Assembly (NCBI GenBank): GCA_017996625.1
Contig: JAGOGO010000002.1
Span: 1,017 to 65,016, forward strand
DNA: 64,000 nucleotides
Reading direction: 5' to 3'
DNA from: Deltaproteobacteria bacterium
GTDB taxonomy: Bacteria > Desulfobacterota > WTBG01 > JAGOGO01
Below, one piece after another: positions 38,986 to 49,079 of the stretch. The position numbers and the translations under genes are program-made. Numbering within the stretch: position 1 is the stretch's first letter; each line of letters opens with the position of its first letter. Under the pieces are notes generated by a model. That model saw only the letters and a list, made by a program, of their open reading frames with translations. It did not search any database and was not told the origin of the DNA.

Positions 38986-40011
38986 TCATCGGGAATCCTT
39001 AGCTTTCAGCAGGTGCTCACCACGCAAAGTCAGCAGGTATTTCTGATTGCGGCTGCGAGGTGTGTCAGGATGAATCATTTCGATCAAGCCTGCTTCAAGG
39101 GCAGGATGCAGGTAGTTCTTGCGGAACGAGTGCCTATGCGCCAGCCTCAGTTCTGCCATAATATCCGCAGCGCTTCGCTGCGATTTTCGCAAGGAGTTAA
39201 GCAGACGAATTACTTGGTCGCTTACTTGGTCGCTTACTTGGTCGCTCTCGAGGTCCGCTTCTTCAATTGCTTGTCGAATGGCACTGAGCATGAATTCAAC
39301 AAAGGCAGTGGAATCTGCCTCGCTATCGGCACGGCGCAGCACGGTGTAGTAATCCTGCTGACGATCGCGGATGATGCTCTCCACCTGAAGAATGGAAAAG
39401 ACCTGCTGCCAGCGACTGAGGATCAAGGTCTGCCAAAGCCGTCCGAGTCGGCCATTTCCATCTTCGAACGGGTGAATGAACTCGAATTCATAGTGAAATA
39501 CGCAACTCGCAATGAGAGGGTGCTCCTCCGTGCGTTTAAGCCACAATAGCAGATCATCGACCAACACGGTCACCCGATCGGCAGGAGGAGCGACATGTAC
39601 AATCCTCCTGCCGCGGTGAATAGCGACGCCGCCGGAACGAAACCGTCCGGCTTCGTCGGTCAATCCGGCCATCAACAGACCATGGGCAGCAAGCAGATCC
39701 CTGCGAGAGTGCGGTGACCAGCTCGACAGTTGCTCGTAGGCGGAAAAGGCATTGCGAACCTCCTGAATTTCACGGGGGAGTCCCAATACCCGTTTGCCTT
39801 CAACGATCGCAGTAACCTGCTCCAGACTGAGAGTATTGCCTTCGATCGCCAGCGAGGCCTGAATGGTTTTTATGCGGTTACCGCGCCTTAGAAGCGGGAC
39901 AGCCGCGCTGCCTGAGCACGAGCGAAGCTTGCCCAATGCCTCGCCGATCTGCTCGACGAGATGAAGAATTGCGGAGGTAATGTGATACGGAGGTATGTAT
40001 CGGTCAGTCAT
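38986..40011 (-). CDS. Fic/DOC-family protein (AMPylase-type, HPFx[DE]GNGR motif)
   Basis: HPFEDGNGRLGRLWQTLIL. Start ATG 40011 (M30 of the ORF-track ORF). Tandem SDQVSDQVSDQV near the C-terminus is encoded by the direct repeat gcttacttggtc x3 at 39212-39247. Confidence 0.8.
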   Translation of the reverse strand: MTDRYIPPYHITSAILHLVEQIGEALGKLRSCSGSAAVPLLRRGNRIKTIQASLAIEGNTLSLEQVTAIVEGKRVLGLPREIQEVRNAFSAYEQLSSWSPHSRRDLLAAHGLLMAGLTDEAGRFRSGGVAIHRGRRIVHVAPPADRVTVLVDDLLLWLKRTEEHPLIASCVFHYEFEFIHPFEDGNGRLGRLWQTLILSRWQQVFSILQVESIIRDRQQDYYTVLRRADSEADSTAFVEFMLSAIRQAIEEADLESDQVSDQVSDQVIRLLNSLRKSQRSAADIMAELRLAHRHSFRKNYLHPALEAGLIEMIHPDTPRSRNQKYLLTLRGEHLLKAKDSR

Positions 40012-40233
40012 TGATTGGTCTCCGAACTCTGAAAAATGCCCAGGTTCTCTGAACCTCTTCAAAATCCAGGTGGCGTCCTGACCTTGAGCTGTTGCCACAA
40101 CATCGGCAGCATCACCATCTCAGTGAACGTTTCGCAGAAGGTAGCAACGGTTAGATGCTGTTATATTCCGTGCGTCGTTCATAGCAATCTTAGCCTATCT
40201 TCATCACATAAAATATAACATTTCGGCGATACG

Positions 40234-40527
40234 TCAAAGAATTTCAGGAGACGCCTCGGTCAAAGCACGTAGTCTGCTGGTGAACATTTTCCCGTCCTCG
40301 GTTCGAAGTTTGACTTTCTCCACCTGATCGTCTTCCATCCAGTCGTTGATGACCTTGAGCTGCTCGCGCAGCACCGGCAACATCGCCATCTCAGTGAACG
40401 TTTCGTGGCTGGCCAGGTCGAGAAAATCTTCTGGGGGTGAAGACAGAACCCCTCCCGGAACCATATATTCTCGAAAGTGTTTTAGCATCAAACGCTTGAG
40501 AGATAGCAGACGTGCCTCCTGATTCAC
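40234..40527 (-). CDS. hypothetical protein
   Basis: 97 aa with no family recognised. A degenerate duplicate of its internal segment (…ETFTEMAMLP…) lies at 40094-40145. Confidence 0.3.
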   Translation of the reverse strand: MNQEARLLSLKRLMLKHFREYMVPGGVLSSPPEDFLDLASHETFTEMAMLPVLREQLKVINDWMEDDQVEKVKLRTEDGKMFTSRLRALTEASPEIL

Positions 40528-40729
40528 GAATCATATCTAATTTTCGTGAATCGATAAAGCCTTATTCCTGCACCGAATTGCCTCAAATACAGTGTTACCC
40601 AAAAGGGGATGGGGGAGAGATCGTTGCCTCATAATAGATGTTACCGCCTCGGCCTCTTACCGGAGGGGACACATCATGGGCCTACGATCAAAAAGGAGGA
40701 CTCTCCTGGGGTCGAGCCCAATCTGTCAT

Positions 40730-40935
40730 CGGGCAGTTAAAACCGGCCACCGAGGGGTGAATCATAAGCGGCCATTTCGCCCGCCGGCTCTCTCCGTATG
40801 CTGAATTGTGATGCTGGGCTATACTGGGCAACGACACACCGTCGGTTCTTGAATGTCGCATCACGATAGACATTCTGGTGGTGAACCTTCTGTGTCCCAG
40901 AAGTTAAGTATTGTGTCCCCAGAATTCTCCCAGGT
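40730..40935. repeat. IS21-like terminal-repeat fragment family, copy 1 (about 200 bp)
   Basis: Shares gcagttaaaa..gcggccatttcgcc...gggcaacgacacaccgtcggttcttgaatgtcgcatcacgatagacattctggtggtgaaccttcTGTGTCCCagaagttaagtatTGTGTCCCCagaattctccc with 43001-43180 and 49315-49530. The tandem TGTGTCCC motifs resemble IS21-type multiple terminal repeats. Confidence 0.6.
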
Positions 40936-40936
40936 T

Positions 40937-41827
40937 TTATCTCTGCGTGGCATTGTCCGCCGCCAAGGGAAACAATTCCTGCAAGGCCGACACGAATTCA
41001 TCGAGCTGCAACTCGGGGCGATAGTAAGCACTTTCCCTTAATCGGACCATGCCCAGGCGGTTTGGGGTAGAAAAGTACTCGAAGACCAAATCACCCGCCT
41101 CTGATACATAAGGCTGGGAACGATACTGATCTCTCAGCACAAGGGAATGCCGCCATTCTTCTTCTGATGTCGTCGCGAGAATCGAGTAGAGGTCCAGAGC
41201 ATGATAGCGCCCGAATTCGCTCGTAGAATCGTTGAGCCGATCTCTGAAAGCAAAAAGCTTCATCATCAGATAAGTGTATGGATGGGGGATGAAAACCTCA
41301 GCGTTAAAAAGATTGCCTGAAGTAAGTTTCCCCCTGAGAAACACAGGCAAGAGGCCATCCTCTAGAGTAGGTGCCTCGTCAACCGGGTGAGCATGAATGC
41401 CAACGGACGGACTGGGACGTACCCGGCGCGCATCCACTTTTGCCCGTGTGGCTCGAAACCTGGTTTGCGGACCAGTGAGTATGTCTATCTTGATGCTGCC
41501 CGCGATGTCTCCCCGCGGACCGGGTTTGACGAACTGGTATTTTTCCGCACCGGGAACAACCCTGTAGCCTAACCTGTCAATGGCCTCGGCCAATGGTTTC
41601 AGTCTTGCCGATTCTATGAGCACTTCCGCTCGAAGGAAAAGGTCAATGTCGTTCGTTGACCGAGCTTCTGGCCATTCCTCCAGCAGCGTACGAATACCCA
41701 GCCGTTTCACATGCTCCATCTTAAGGTAGATACCGAAGCCTCCACCAATGATGAGTTTGATGTCTGAGCCTTCTATCTCATACAGCAAATCCAGCAGTGA
41801 TGTTTGAAGGTCGGGAATGGTAATCAT
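40937..41827 (-). CDS. nucleotidyltransferase-fold protein, AbiEii/DUF1814-like (type IV TA toxin family)
   Basis: LIIGGGFGIYLKMEH...RSTNDIDLFL matches the AbiEii GG.A...[R].[ST].DIDF minimal NTase motif. 296 aa. 4 bp overlap with the upstream partner. Confidence 0.5.
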   Translation of the reverse strand: MITIPDLQTSLLDLLYEIEGSDIKLIIGGGFGIYLKMEHVKRLGIRTLLEEWPEARSTNDIDLFLRAEVLIESARLKPLAEAIDRLGYRVVPGAEKYQFVKPGPRGDIAGSIKIDILTGPQTRFRATRAKVDARRVRPSPSVGIHAHPVDEAPTLEDGLLPVFLRGKLTSGNLFNAEVFIPHPYTYLMMKLFAFRDRLNDSTSEFGRYHALDLYSILATTSEEEWRHSLVLRDQYRSQPYVSEAGDLVFEYFSTPNRLGMVRLRESAYYRPELQLDEFVSALQELFPLAADNATQR

Positions 41828-42915
41828 CGATGAACTTGATTGAGGTTATTTATTATGTATGATCTCAGCTGCTCGGCGGTCTCTTGGTCGCGCTTGTCAC
41901 CGGCCTTCAGCTCGAGGTATACCTGTATTGGGGATGCCCACCAGAAATTCCCCTCATACCGGCTATCAAAGAAAACCGTTTCATCCTCGGTTTCCACAAG
42001 TTCGAGGTTCGGGAAACGATCGGACTGGCTTCCTGGTACCCTCTCTATCAGCACATCAAGCCGAGGGCAATAAACAGACAAGAGAGGCCCGCGTTCCATG
42101 ACAGCATACCGTTTCACCGATGATGTCCCAGTAGCCACCATAGGTAAATCCAAGGATTGCGACGCTTCACGTAACAATTCCGTAATCGGTCCCGTTTCCT
42201 CGGAAACCTTGAGACGAACCCGTGTCCTGATGTTGGGAGAAGCGTAGCTTTCACTCAGCTTTTGCAGAAGCTTGTCTGGTTGCAGAAGCCGAATGGCGCC
42301 TTCACGGGTAATGATCAAGTCCTCTTGCAGCGTTTTCAATACCTTCGAAACTGTGGAGATGCTCATCGGGGTTTTATCCCAGCGCTCCGCCAGCAGGTTC
42401 CTTCGGTTTATCTCCAGCCAGACATCTTGAACGGTGTCATAGAGGGAGCGGGCAAGAAAGACCCTTCCTACCATGGAACTGTTTCTGCGATAGATATTCT
42501 TGATCGGAGCAGAAGAAGTGAAGCGATTCTTCCCGCCGCTGCGGAAGACGGAAAACTTGCCCGGTGAAATCACGACACCATTCCCACAGAGATCGATCCC
42601 GCTGATGCCATCCTTCTCAAGCTCCAGCAATTGCTGGTCGTTGAGAAAAGGCACAAACAGCATCAGGTTGTATCCTTTAGGCAGTTTCACCGCCTTCAGC
42701 CGGTTTATTCCATCCTGAAACGACTTGGGAGTCGAAAGCGCTTTGCACTCGACCACGAATCGTGCTTTATCTTTACCCCACGATGCCTCAACAAGCGCAT
42801 CGAAGCGGCTGTTTACCCCTTTGTCTAGCTCACTCTGCAAAAGACGAAAGGAGAGCGGGGGTAGCGATACTTCGCCTTTCTGCAGCTGCTTGATCATTTC
42901 TTTTTCCGTAGGCAT
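41824..42915 (-). CDS. putative AbiEi-like partner protein (antitoxin/regulator) of the NTase
   Basis: Position and translational coupling only. The 363 aa sequence has no motif I recognise, and is larger than a typical AbiEi. Confidence 0.3.
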   Translation of the reverse strand: MPTEKEMIKQLQKGEVSLPPLSFRLLQSELDKGVNSRFDALVEASWGKDKARFVVECKALSTPKSFQDGINRLKAVKLPKGYNLMLFVPFLNDQQLLELEKDGISGIDLCGNGVVISPGKFSVFRSGGKNRFTSSAPIKNIYRRNSSMVGRVFLARSLYDTVQDVWLEINRRNLLAERWDKTPMSISTVSKVLKTLQEDLIITREGAIRLLQPDKLLQKLSESYASPNIRTRVRLKVSEETGPITELLREASQSLDLPMVATGTSSVKRYAVMERGPLLSVYCPRLDVLIERVPGSQSDRFPNLELVETEDETVFFDSRYEGNFWWASPIQVYLELKAGDKRDQETAEQLRSYIINNLNQVHR

Positions 42916-43000
42916 TTTCCTAATCTCCTATTTTTTCCTATTCAAGAAAATAGCCTCAATTAGGAAAATATGCAAGCATCATTTTTAGGTTTCCCCCAAT

Positions 43001-43180
43001 GGTGTCATCGGGCAGTTAAAAGCGGCCATTTCGCCCACCGGCTCTCTCCGCGTGCTGAAGTGTGGTACTGGGCTATACTGGGCAACGACACACCGTCGGT
43101 TCTTGAATGTCGCATCACGATAGACATTCTGGTGGTGAACCTTCTGTGTCCCAGAAGTTAAGTATTGTGTCCCCGGCATT
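43001..43180. repeat. IS21-like terminal-repeat fragment family, copy 2
   Basis: See copy 1. It lacks the 24 bp insertion present in copy 1. Confidence 0.6.
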
Positions 43181-43347
43181 TCGGACATCAGCCTGCAGTC
43201 GTTTTTAAATTCTTTCTGTGACGGGTTTGACGGGTTTATGATGGGTTTGGCGTTGTGTTTTTGGCAAAAAGGCTTCTGCCGATTGAGGTGCGCTGTCGGT
43301 CGATTATCGGTCGATTTCGTGAGCTGGTCAACTACCGTCATGCTCGT

Positions 43348-43560
43348 AAGGCAACAAACAGAGTCAGCCCCTGAAAAGGGACATGCTCTGCATGGTCGGC
43401 CCACCTTCTCTTCGTGGCGACGATCGGTCATCACTATCCATCAATACACAGCTCTGCAGCCTTTAGCTATCCTTCGTTCTCGTTTTTCGTCTTCTGCTTC
43501 GTGAATACAGCTTAGCACCTACGATGTGCTATGTCGGGACTGACCCTACTGCCGTTCCCC
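43348..43560. repeat. ~200 bp repeat (aacaaacagagtcagccc...cactatccatcaatacacagct...cagcacctac..atgt..gccgttcc), copy A
   Basis: Near-identical blocks at 47795-48000. Both lie immediately downstream of an IS21-like fragment in the same orientation, bracketing the McrBC cassette. Confidence 0.75.
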
Positions 43561-43863
43561 AGTTACAACGAGTTGTTTGATGATTGACTTTGCGAATAGG
43601 ATACGCCGTCAGCTCTTACTGCTGTCGCCTTGAGGTTTACGATTAACAAATTCTGCTTTACGATTACTTAACGATTCGCCCAGCATTTTCACGCGGTATC
43701 GAGTGGAGCGACCAGCCCCAACCCTATCACCAAAAGCATTATTTGCCTGTCCCTATGATCCCTAATAAGCAACCAAGAAAGCGATTGATCATCTTTTTCG
43801 AAGCCTATAGTTCTTAATAAGACCTGACGCTTTAAGCCGCAGCAACGAGCCACTTGTACCAAT

Positions 43864-45090
43864 TTATTGCTGCAAGTGACTTACTCCTAATGTCTGAAGT
43901 AAATTCCCCATGAACATCTGGCCGGCAGCCTCGAGGTCTCCAGATAGTGCGAAGGCCATGGTTCTCACTCTAATTTTTTCACCAACCTTTTCATTCATCG
44001 AGGCATCTAGAGGAACCGGATAAATCAGTATTGCTTCCTCACAGTTCTTCATCTCTGCATAGGTCACAACTTGTGTCACATCATGCGCCTCCGGTTTGTG
44101 CTTCGCCTTGTATTTGGTATCGAGGACACAGAGGGCCTTGTCAGTATGAGCATCATACAAAACGAGATCGATCTGAAACGAAAGGTCGTTGTTCTCGCCA
44201 ACCGTAACGGTCTCCTGCTTTCCTAATCTGATGCTCGCGGGCAGATGAGTTCTTAGCCACTCCGCGACAAAGAGTTCATACAGCCTTGCCATATCCACCA
44301 CAAATGGGAGCATTGTCTTATCGCCCGAATGATGTGTCGGACCGCTATGCTCCAGAAAAAAGCGGCAGAGGGCATGCAACGGTCGATAATCTTCATTGAG
44401 CCGGTTATATAACCGTTTGATACAATTCCTAGGGGAAACCGCGTTCAATGATGCAAAGCCGCGAAGTGCATGGAAGGCGCGACGAACTGTCGGCAGCACT
44501 CGCTCAGTGCAGATTCCGCTGCGAGCGATAAGCGCCATAGTCCAGCAGAGGATCTGATTTTCTTCGATGTCAGCAGTATGCTCCTGATAATGACAGTGCA
44601 CCTTAACGTCCCAGGGACTCTTAATACATTGAGGAACATCCACTCTGCCCCTGATAAAAGGGAGTTGATCGTTCTCATTCAAGTATGTTCGATACAAGCC
44701 CTTGCGGCTCCTGTCGAGTATCCGCTGGGCTAAGATATTGGCTAAGCGTTCATAAAACTCCTGGATAGAACTGCAGCCGGTAAGACCTTCGAGGATCTGA
44801 AAACTATTCAGCTGGTAGGCGTACTCGAGCATACGAAAAATGTTGCTCAGTTCTACCTTTGGTTTGAGACTAATACCTAAATCTGGGGTGCAAGGCAAAT
44901 ACCCGACCCATCCCTGAGAACTAAGGAGCCACTGGTTTTCAGTCTTTGGGCTGGGGAAATCGACAGAAACCTTGTCCTTATATTTCTTCCAGATAAGCTC
45001 TCCCTCTTCAGGGGATAGTGCGTTAGAGGGAAACATCTGAGAGACATACTCAGTTAATGAGATAACTCTGCGTCCGCTCTCTTCATTCAC
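43864..45090 (-). CDS. mcrC: McrC subunit of McrBC modification-dependent restriction endonuclease
   Basis: PD-(D/E)xK core VLDTKYK. 408 aa. 4 bp overlap with mcrB upstream. Confidence 0.8.
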   Translation of the reverse strand: MNEESGRRVISLTEYVSQMFPSNALSPEEGELIWKKYKDKVSVDFPSPKTENQWLLSSQGWVGYLPCTPDLGISLKPKVELSNIFRMLEYAYQLNSFQILEGLTGCSSIQEFYERLANILAQRILDRSRKGLYRTYLNENDQLPFIRGRVDVPQCIKSPWDVKVHCHYQEHTADIEENQILCWTMALIARSGICTERVLPTVRRAFHALRGFASLNAVSPRNCIKRLYNRLNEDYRPLHALCRFFLEHSGPTHHSGDKTMLPFVVDMARLYELFVAEWLRTHLPASIRLGKQETVTVGENNDLSFQIDLVLYDAHTDKALCVLDTKYKAKHKPEAHDVTQVVTYAEMKNCEEAILIYPVPLDASMNEKVGEKIRVRTMAFALSGDLEAAGQMFMGNLLQTLGVSHLQQ

Positions 45091-47039
45091 GGGATGATCT
45101 CTTTCCCAATTTTGTTCCAGCTGAATTCCTCTACTCGTTGATGCTGATCAAAAAAGTATTCTTCCAGATAGGGCTCTATTTCCATTCGCCAGATGTCCTC
45201 AAGATGATCTGAAAGCTTTTCCCGGAGAAAGAACGAAATACCGACTTCATAGTGTGGATCGCCAATCTGGTTGTTGAGCTTTTTTAAAACAGCAATAAGC
45301 CCTTCAGGATCAAAACCGTTCTTCTCATGAAAAACACGCAAGACATCATAATTTGGCTGGAGAGCAAGGAAAGCAAACCTGCGGCGAAGGGCGTGATCAA
45401 CTAATGCAATTGACCGGTCAGCGGTATTCATGGTACCGATGATTCGAACATTCTCTGGGATGCGCAGCGAGCCGCCGCTGGCAAGGGGAACCTCTTTATT
45501 GCGATACTCGAGAAGATACATCAGCTCGCCAAAGACTCGTGCCAGATTGGCCCGATTTATTTCATCAATGATCAGAACGCAACGGCCCGTACATTCTGCC
45601 GCCTTCCGGCAGAATTCAAGAAACCTGCCGGGTACCACCGGATAATCGAGCTGCCCGCCGGCATTGGCCTTGGGACGGATTCCCTGCATGAAATCCTCGT
45701 AAGCATAGGCGGGATGAAACTGCACCAGGTCACTGAAGCCATCACCACCGCTGATGAGGTGTCTCGCCAAGTGCTCGGCAATAAATGTTTTGCCGGTGCC
45801 CGGGGGCCCATAGAGAATGGCTTGCCCTTTGCGCTCGATGGCGCGGACCCAGCGCTGTAATGCGTCTTGCGGAAACCCCGTCTTAGCGGCACATTCAGAT
45901 AAAGAATACTTATCAGGTGGTATCTCAGCAGGTGGAAGAAGCGCTTCGAGCCGCTCAAACTCCCCTTTTGTGAGAGGGGTAATGGTCTTCATGAACTTAG
46001 CCTGGAGTTCTGTGGGAATGGGGACGCCGGTATCTGAAATCCGGTAATAGTCTACGGCAACAGTATGCTTGTAGTCTTTCAGTTCGGGCCGGAACCGGTA
46101 TCCGCTCTTCACTATCCCTGCAGCAAGAAGAATCTTTTTCCCCTTGTTGGTAACCAAGTGGTCTCCAGGTTTAAGGTTGATAAAGTTGAAAAGCTGCCGT
46201 GCTGCAATTTTCCGCTGTCCTTCCTTGAGATTCGGGCGTCTAGTACGATACATCTCGATAAGTTCAGCATGTGATTTTCCCGTTAGGTCGAAGGCAAGAG
46301 GGGCGAACCCTACTGCTGCAATCGAGTCTCTCTTGAAATCTCCCCACTCACGTCCCCCTTTACTTGCACCGATCTGCCAGTAAGACCCTTGTGAAGTCTT
46401 AATCAAGGACTCTATGAGATCAACACCTTCCTGCACTTCCGTCCCGTAATGCATCAGATGGTTCAGCTGGTAGAAATCCTGGCTAGGGTCGAGTTGCTTG
46501 AGATGAAGGAAGGCGTCAGATATCAGTCGGTATTTCTGCGCAGTGGAGAGTTTTTGGGTTTTCACATTGATGCCGACCTTCTGGAGAAAGTTCTCGGTCT
46601 TGTTGTTCCAGTTGGGCAGCACATCTGGATATCGAGCCTGAAGAATGGGCGCCCAGAATGACCTGGCGAAGATGGGAATCTTGAATTTCCCCTCGAGGAT
46701 CTTTTCTGCTTTTTCAAAGGGATCATCAGGGGAGTCGATGAGGTATTCAAGATTTCTTTTCACTTTGCTAAGCTGACCAGATATCCTTGGCATGCCAAGC
46801 CGAATATATGCCGGCCCCTCCAGCTTCCTGGAGTACTCGAAAACTTTATCACTCAGATCCTTTTTCGATACTTCGGAAAGGTACTTCTTACTGAGCAGCG
46901 TTGTGCGCAGATCTTCGGCAAGTTGCCGGTGCCGCTCGGCATACTCAGTCCCTTCCTTCGTATCCTGCGCACACCAGGAGGAATAGGAAGCGAGAAGCGT
47001 CTTGAGGTCCTCATCGGAAAGAATAAAAGTACTGCTCAT
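45087..47039 (-). CDS. mcrB: McrB-family AAA+ GTPase subunit with long N-terminal DNA-recognition region
   Basis: Walker A ILYGPPGTGKTF and McrB-specific box RCVLIIDEINRANLARVFGELMYLLEYR. 650 aa. Confidence 0.85.
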   Translation of the reverse strand: MSSTFILSDEDLKTLLASYSSWCAQDTKEGTEYAERHRQLAEDLRTTLLSKKYLSEVSKKDLSDKVFEYSRKLEGPAYIRLGMPRISGQLSKVKRNLEYLIDSPDDPFEKAEKILEGKFKIPIFARSFWAPILQARYPDVLPNWNNKTENFLQKVGINVKTQKLSTAQKYRLISDAFLHLKQLDPSQDFYQLNHLMHYGTEVQEGVDLIESLIKTSQGSYWQIGASKGGREWGDFKRDSIAAVGFAPLAFDLTGKSHAELIEMYRTRRPNLKEGQRKIAARQLFNFINLKPGDHLVTNKGKKILLAAGIVKSGYRFRPELKDYKHTVAVDYYRISDTGVPIPTELQAKFMKTITPLTKGEFERLEALLPPAEIPPDKYSLSECAAKTGFPQDALQRWVRAIERKGQAILYGPPGTGKTFIAEHLARHLISGGDGFSDLVQFHPAYAYEDFMQGIRPKANAGGQLDYPVVPGRFLEFCRKAAECTGRCVLIIDEINRANLARVFGELMYLLEYRNKEVPLASGGSLRIPENVRIIGTMNTADRSIALVDHALRRRFAFLALQPNYDVLRVFHEKNGFDPEGLIAVLKKLNNQIGDPHYEVGISFFLREKLSDHLEDIWRMEIEPYLEEYFFDQHQRVEEFSWNKIGKEIIP

Positions 47040-47101
47040 AAGGGACTCCTTTTCAATACGTCATGCACAGTGTCATTGGTTTTCAGCACCAGTTCCCATG
47101 A

Positions 47102-47521
47102 TCACCGAAAATCCCTTCCCTCAATCAGGGTACAGACTGCTTCCAGGAATTGATTGAATGCGGGGGTAGGTTCCGGCTTTCCGGAAGGGCCACCTTTGCT
47201 GTTCGGGTAATTATTGTATCCTCGGCACGTGATTGATCTTCCGCTAATAGCAATATCGACTAACCAGTGAGTACCGTCACAGATTCCTGGATTTTGATAC
47301 TCCAGCTGCCAGTCCCAGATACCTATCTTATCAAGTCTAGTCCAGAAGCTCATCCATTTCTCCTCGTCAATGGAGAGTACCTCCTGTTGAGGTTCTGCCG
47401 ACGCGTGCTGAGTTGCCTCATACTGCAGGTTGTCGCCGTGAAGCTTCAAGGAATAAAAAGGTCCCGGATAGCCACCGATAGCAACAATAAACCGGTGCGG
47501 CAAGAAGCGTGTGTGGTGCAT
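47102..47521 (-). CDS. hypothetical 139 aa protein immediately upstream of mcrB
   Basis: ORF only, 62 bp from the mcrB start. No family recognised. Confidence 0.3.
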   Translation of the reverse strand: MHHTRFLPHRFIVAIGGYPGPFYSLKLHGDNLQYEATQHASAEPQQEVLSIDEEKWMSFWTRLDKIGIWDWQLEYQNPGICDGTHWLVDIAISGRSITCRGYNNYPNSKGGPSGKPEPTPAFNQFLEAVCTLIEGRDFR

Positions 47522-47794
47522 TTCAATATCTCTTCGTTTCCATCTTTACGTGAAGAGGAATTGGGGTGGTTCATCCCATTGCTGCATTAAGTATGGTGTC
47601 CTCAGAATTTCCGTATCACAAGAATTTTCCCCACTACTCTTAGAGCTTCGTTTTTGGCAGCAAAACAGGGCTTCTAAAGCGATGTTTGAGCCTCTTATTC
47701 AGCAAAGCTAATGTAATTTCAATTCCTTATCCAGGTCCGACCCGGGAACCGACGCGTCTCAAGTCCGGGCCTGACCCCGGACAGTTTTCCGAGG

Positions 47795-48000
47795 CAATAA
47801 ACAGAGTCAGCCCAGGACATGGGACATCTCTGCATGAACGGATCAGCTTCTCTGAGTGATGCCAGTCGTTCTTCACTATCCATCAATACACAGCTGTGTA
47901 GCCTTTAGCTATTCTTCGTTCTCGCTTTTGCCCTCTGTTTCGTGGAGGTAGTCAGCACCTACAATGTCCCCTGTCCGTGCCTGGGCCCGTTGCCGTTCCT
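47795..48000. repeat. ~200 bp repeat, copy B (preceded at 47588-47615 by an IS21-like tail fragment cattaagtatggtgtcctcagaatttcc)
   Basis: Aligns with 43348-43560 across the whole length with scattered substitutions. Confidence 0.75.
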
Positions 48001-48131
48001 CATTTTTGCGAATTTGTACGCTTTCAAAAAAAATATTTTACTTAATAAGAGCAGAGTATTCACCTGCGAAAGGATATTTATTTTTTAGGGGGCTAAGAAA
48101 TAAATCAAGAGTAGTCTACTCAACAGCGCTA

Positions 48132-49049
48132 TCAATGTTGGCCCTCCAATAACTCGTACGCGAGAAGCACATTTTCCAGTGCCTTTTTCTGTGTCCTTGT
48201 GAGCTTTACATCCTTGTAATATTGATTTCCGTTGAGTCTTACCGTAGTTTCTTTGGAGCATGCGATAGATCTGATCATGTCGAGATCGGAAGAATCCAAT
48301 TCGATCATGCACCACTCCCACACCTCCGTGTAATTGTCTCGTTCGAAGCCTGCATACTTCTTGAATTTGTTGCCATCGACTTTTATGTCAAAAGATTCAA
48401 TAAAGAGCCACTCATCTCCATAGTACTGCACAACAAGATATAGATTGGTGAGTCGCATATCATCAGTTCTACCGAAACAAACATAAAAGCCGTTTTGAGA
48501 TCTGCTGGTTGGTGAAGTTTGGTCACAGTATAAAGTCATCTCCTCCATATCGTCTCTTTTCTTGCGCAGCTTTTTCAAAGTGTCCGTTACCCTCTTTTCC
48601 TTTTCTCTCTTGTAATAGTTAAACTTCTCTTCATAAAGCTTCTCTTCTGGATTCACTTCCATGAGCTGGGAATAGAGCATTATATTACGATCAAGATCGG
48701 TCGAAGGGACGGTCTTCACTTCCTCAAACAATCTTTTCTCTTTTTCTTCCTTCGTTTCTGCTTGCTTCGCTTCGCTTTGAGTTATAGTCTGCTTCTCTTT
48801 TGTCTGTTTGTCTGAACATTCCCGAATGAGATTTGAAAAAAACCCTATACCTGCAATAACAACGAATACGGTAAGGCAACCATGACTCGACTTCGTCGAT
48901 TTCTTCTTTTCCTTCGCATAAGGTGGCTCCTTATAGGATAGTTCCTTGCCCTGCAACATTGCACCGCAATGTTTACACTTGATAGCCTCTTGCTTTATTT
49001 CTTCTGCACAATAAGGACACTTTTTTGTTGCAGACATCCTCGCCTCCAA
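48132..49049 (-). CDS. zinc-ribbon plus single-TM protein with unknown C-terminal domain (low-GC, likely horizontally acquired)
   Basis: CPYCAEEI...CKHCGAML, then TM helix LTVFVVIAGIGFF, a K/E-rich linker and a 170 aa C-terminal domain. Noticeably A+T-rich relative to its flanks. Confidence 0.4.
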   Translation of the reverse strand: MEARMSATKKCPYCAEEIKQEAIKCKHCGAMLQGKELSYKEPPYAKEKKKSTKSSHGCLTVFVVIAGIGFFSNLIRECSDKQTKEKQTITQSEAKQAETKEEKEKRLFEEVKTVPSTDLDRNIMLYSQLMEVNPEEKLYEEKFNYYKREKEKRVTDTLKKLRKKRDDMEEMTLYCDQTSPTSRSQNGFYVCFGRTDDMRLTNLYLVVQYYGDEWLFIESFDIKVDGNKFKKYAGFERDNYTEVWEWCMIELDSSDLDMIRSIACSKETTVRLNGNQYYKDVKLTRTQKKALENVLLAYELLEGQH

Positions 49050-49079
49050 CCGATAGTGGATATCTAACGAAAGCTAACT

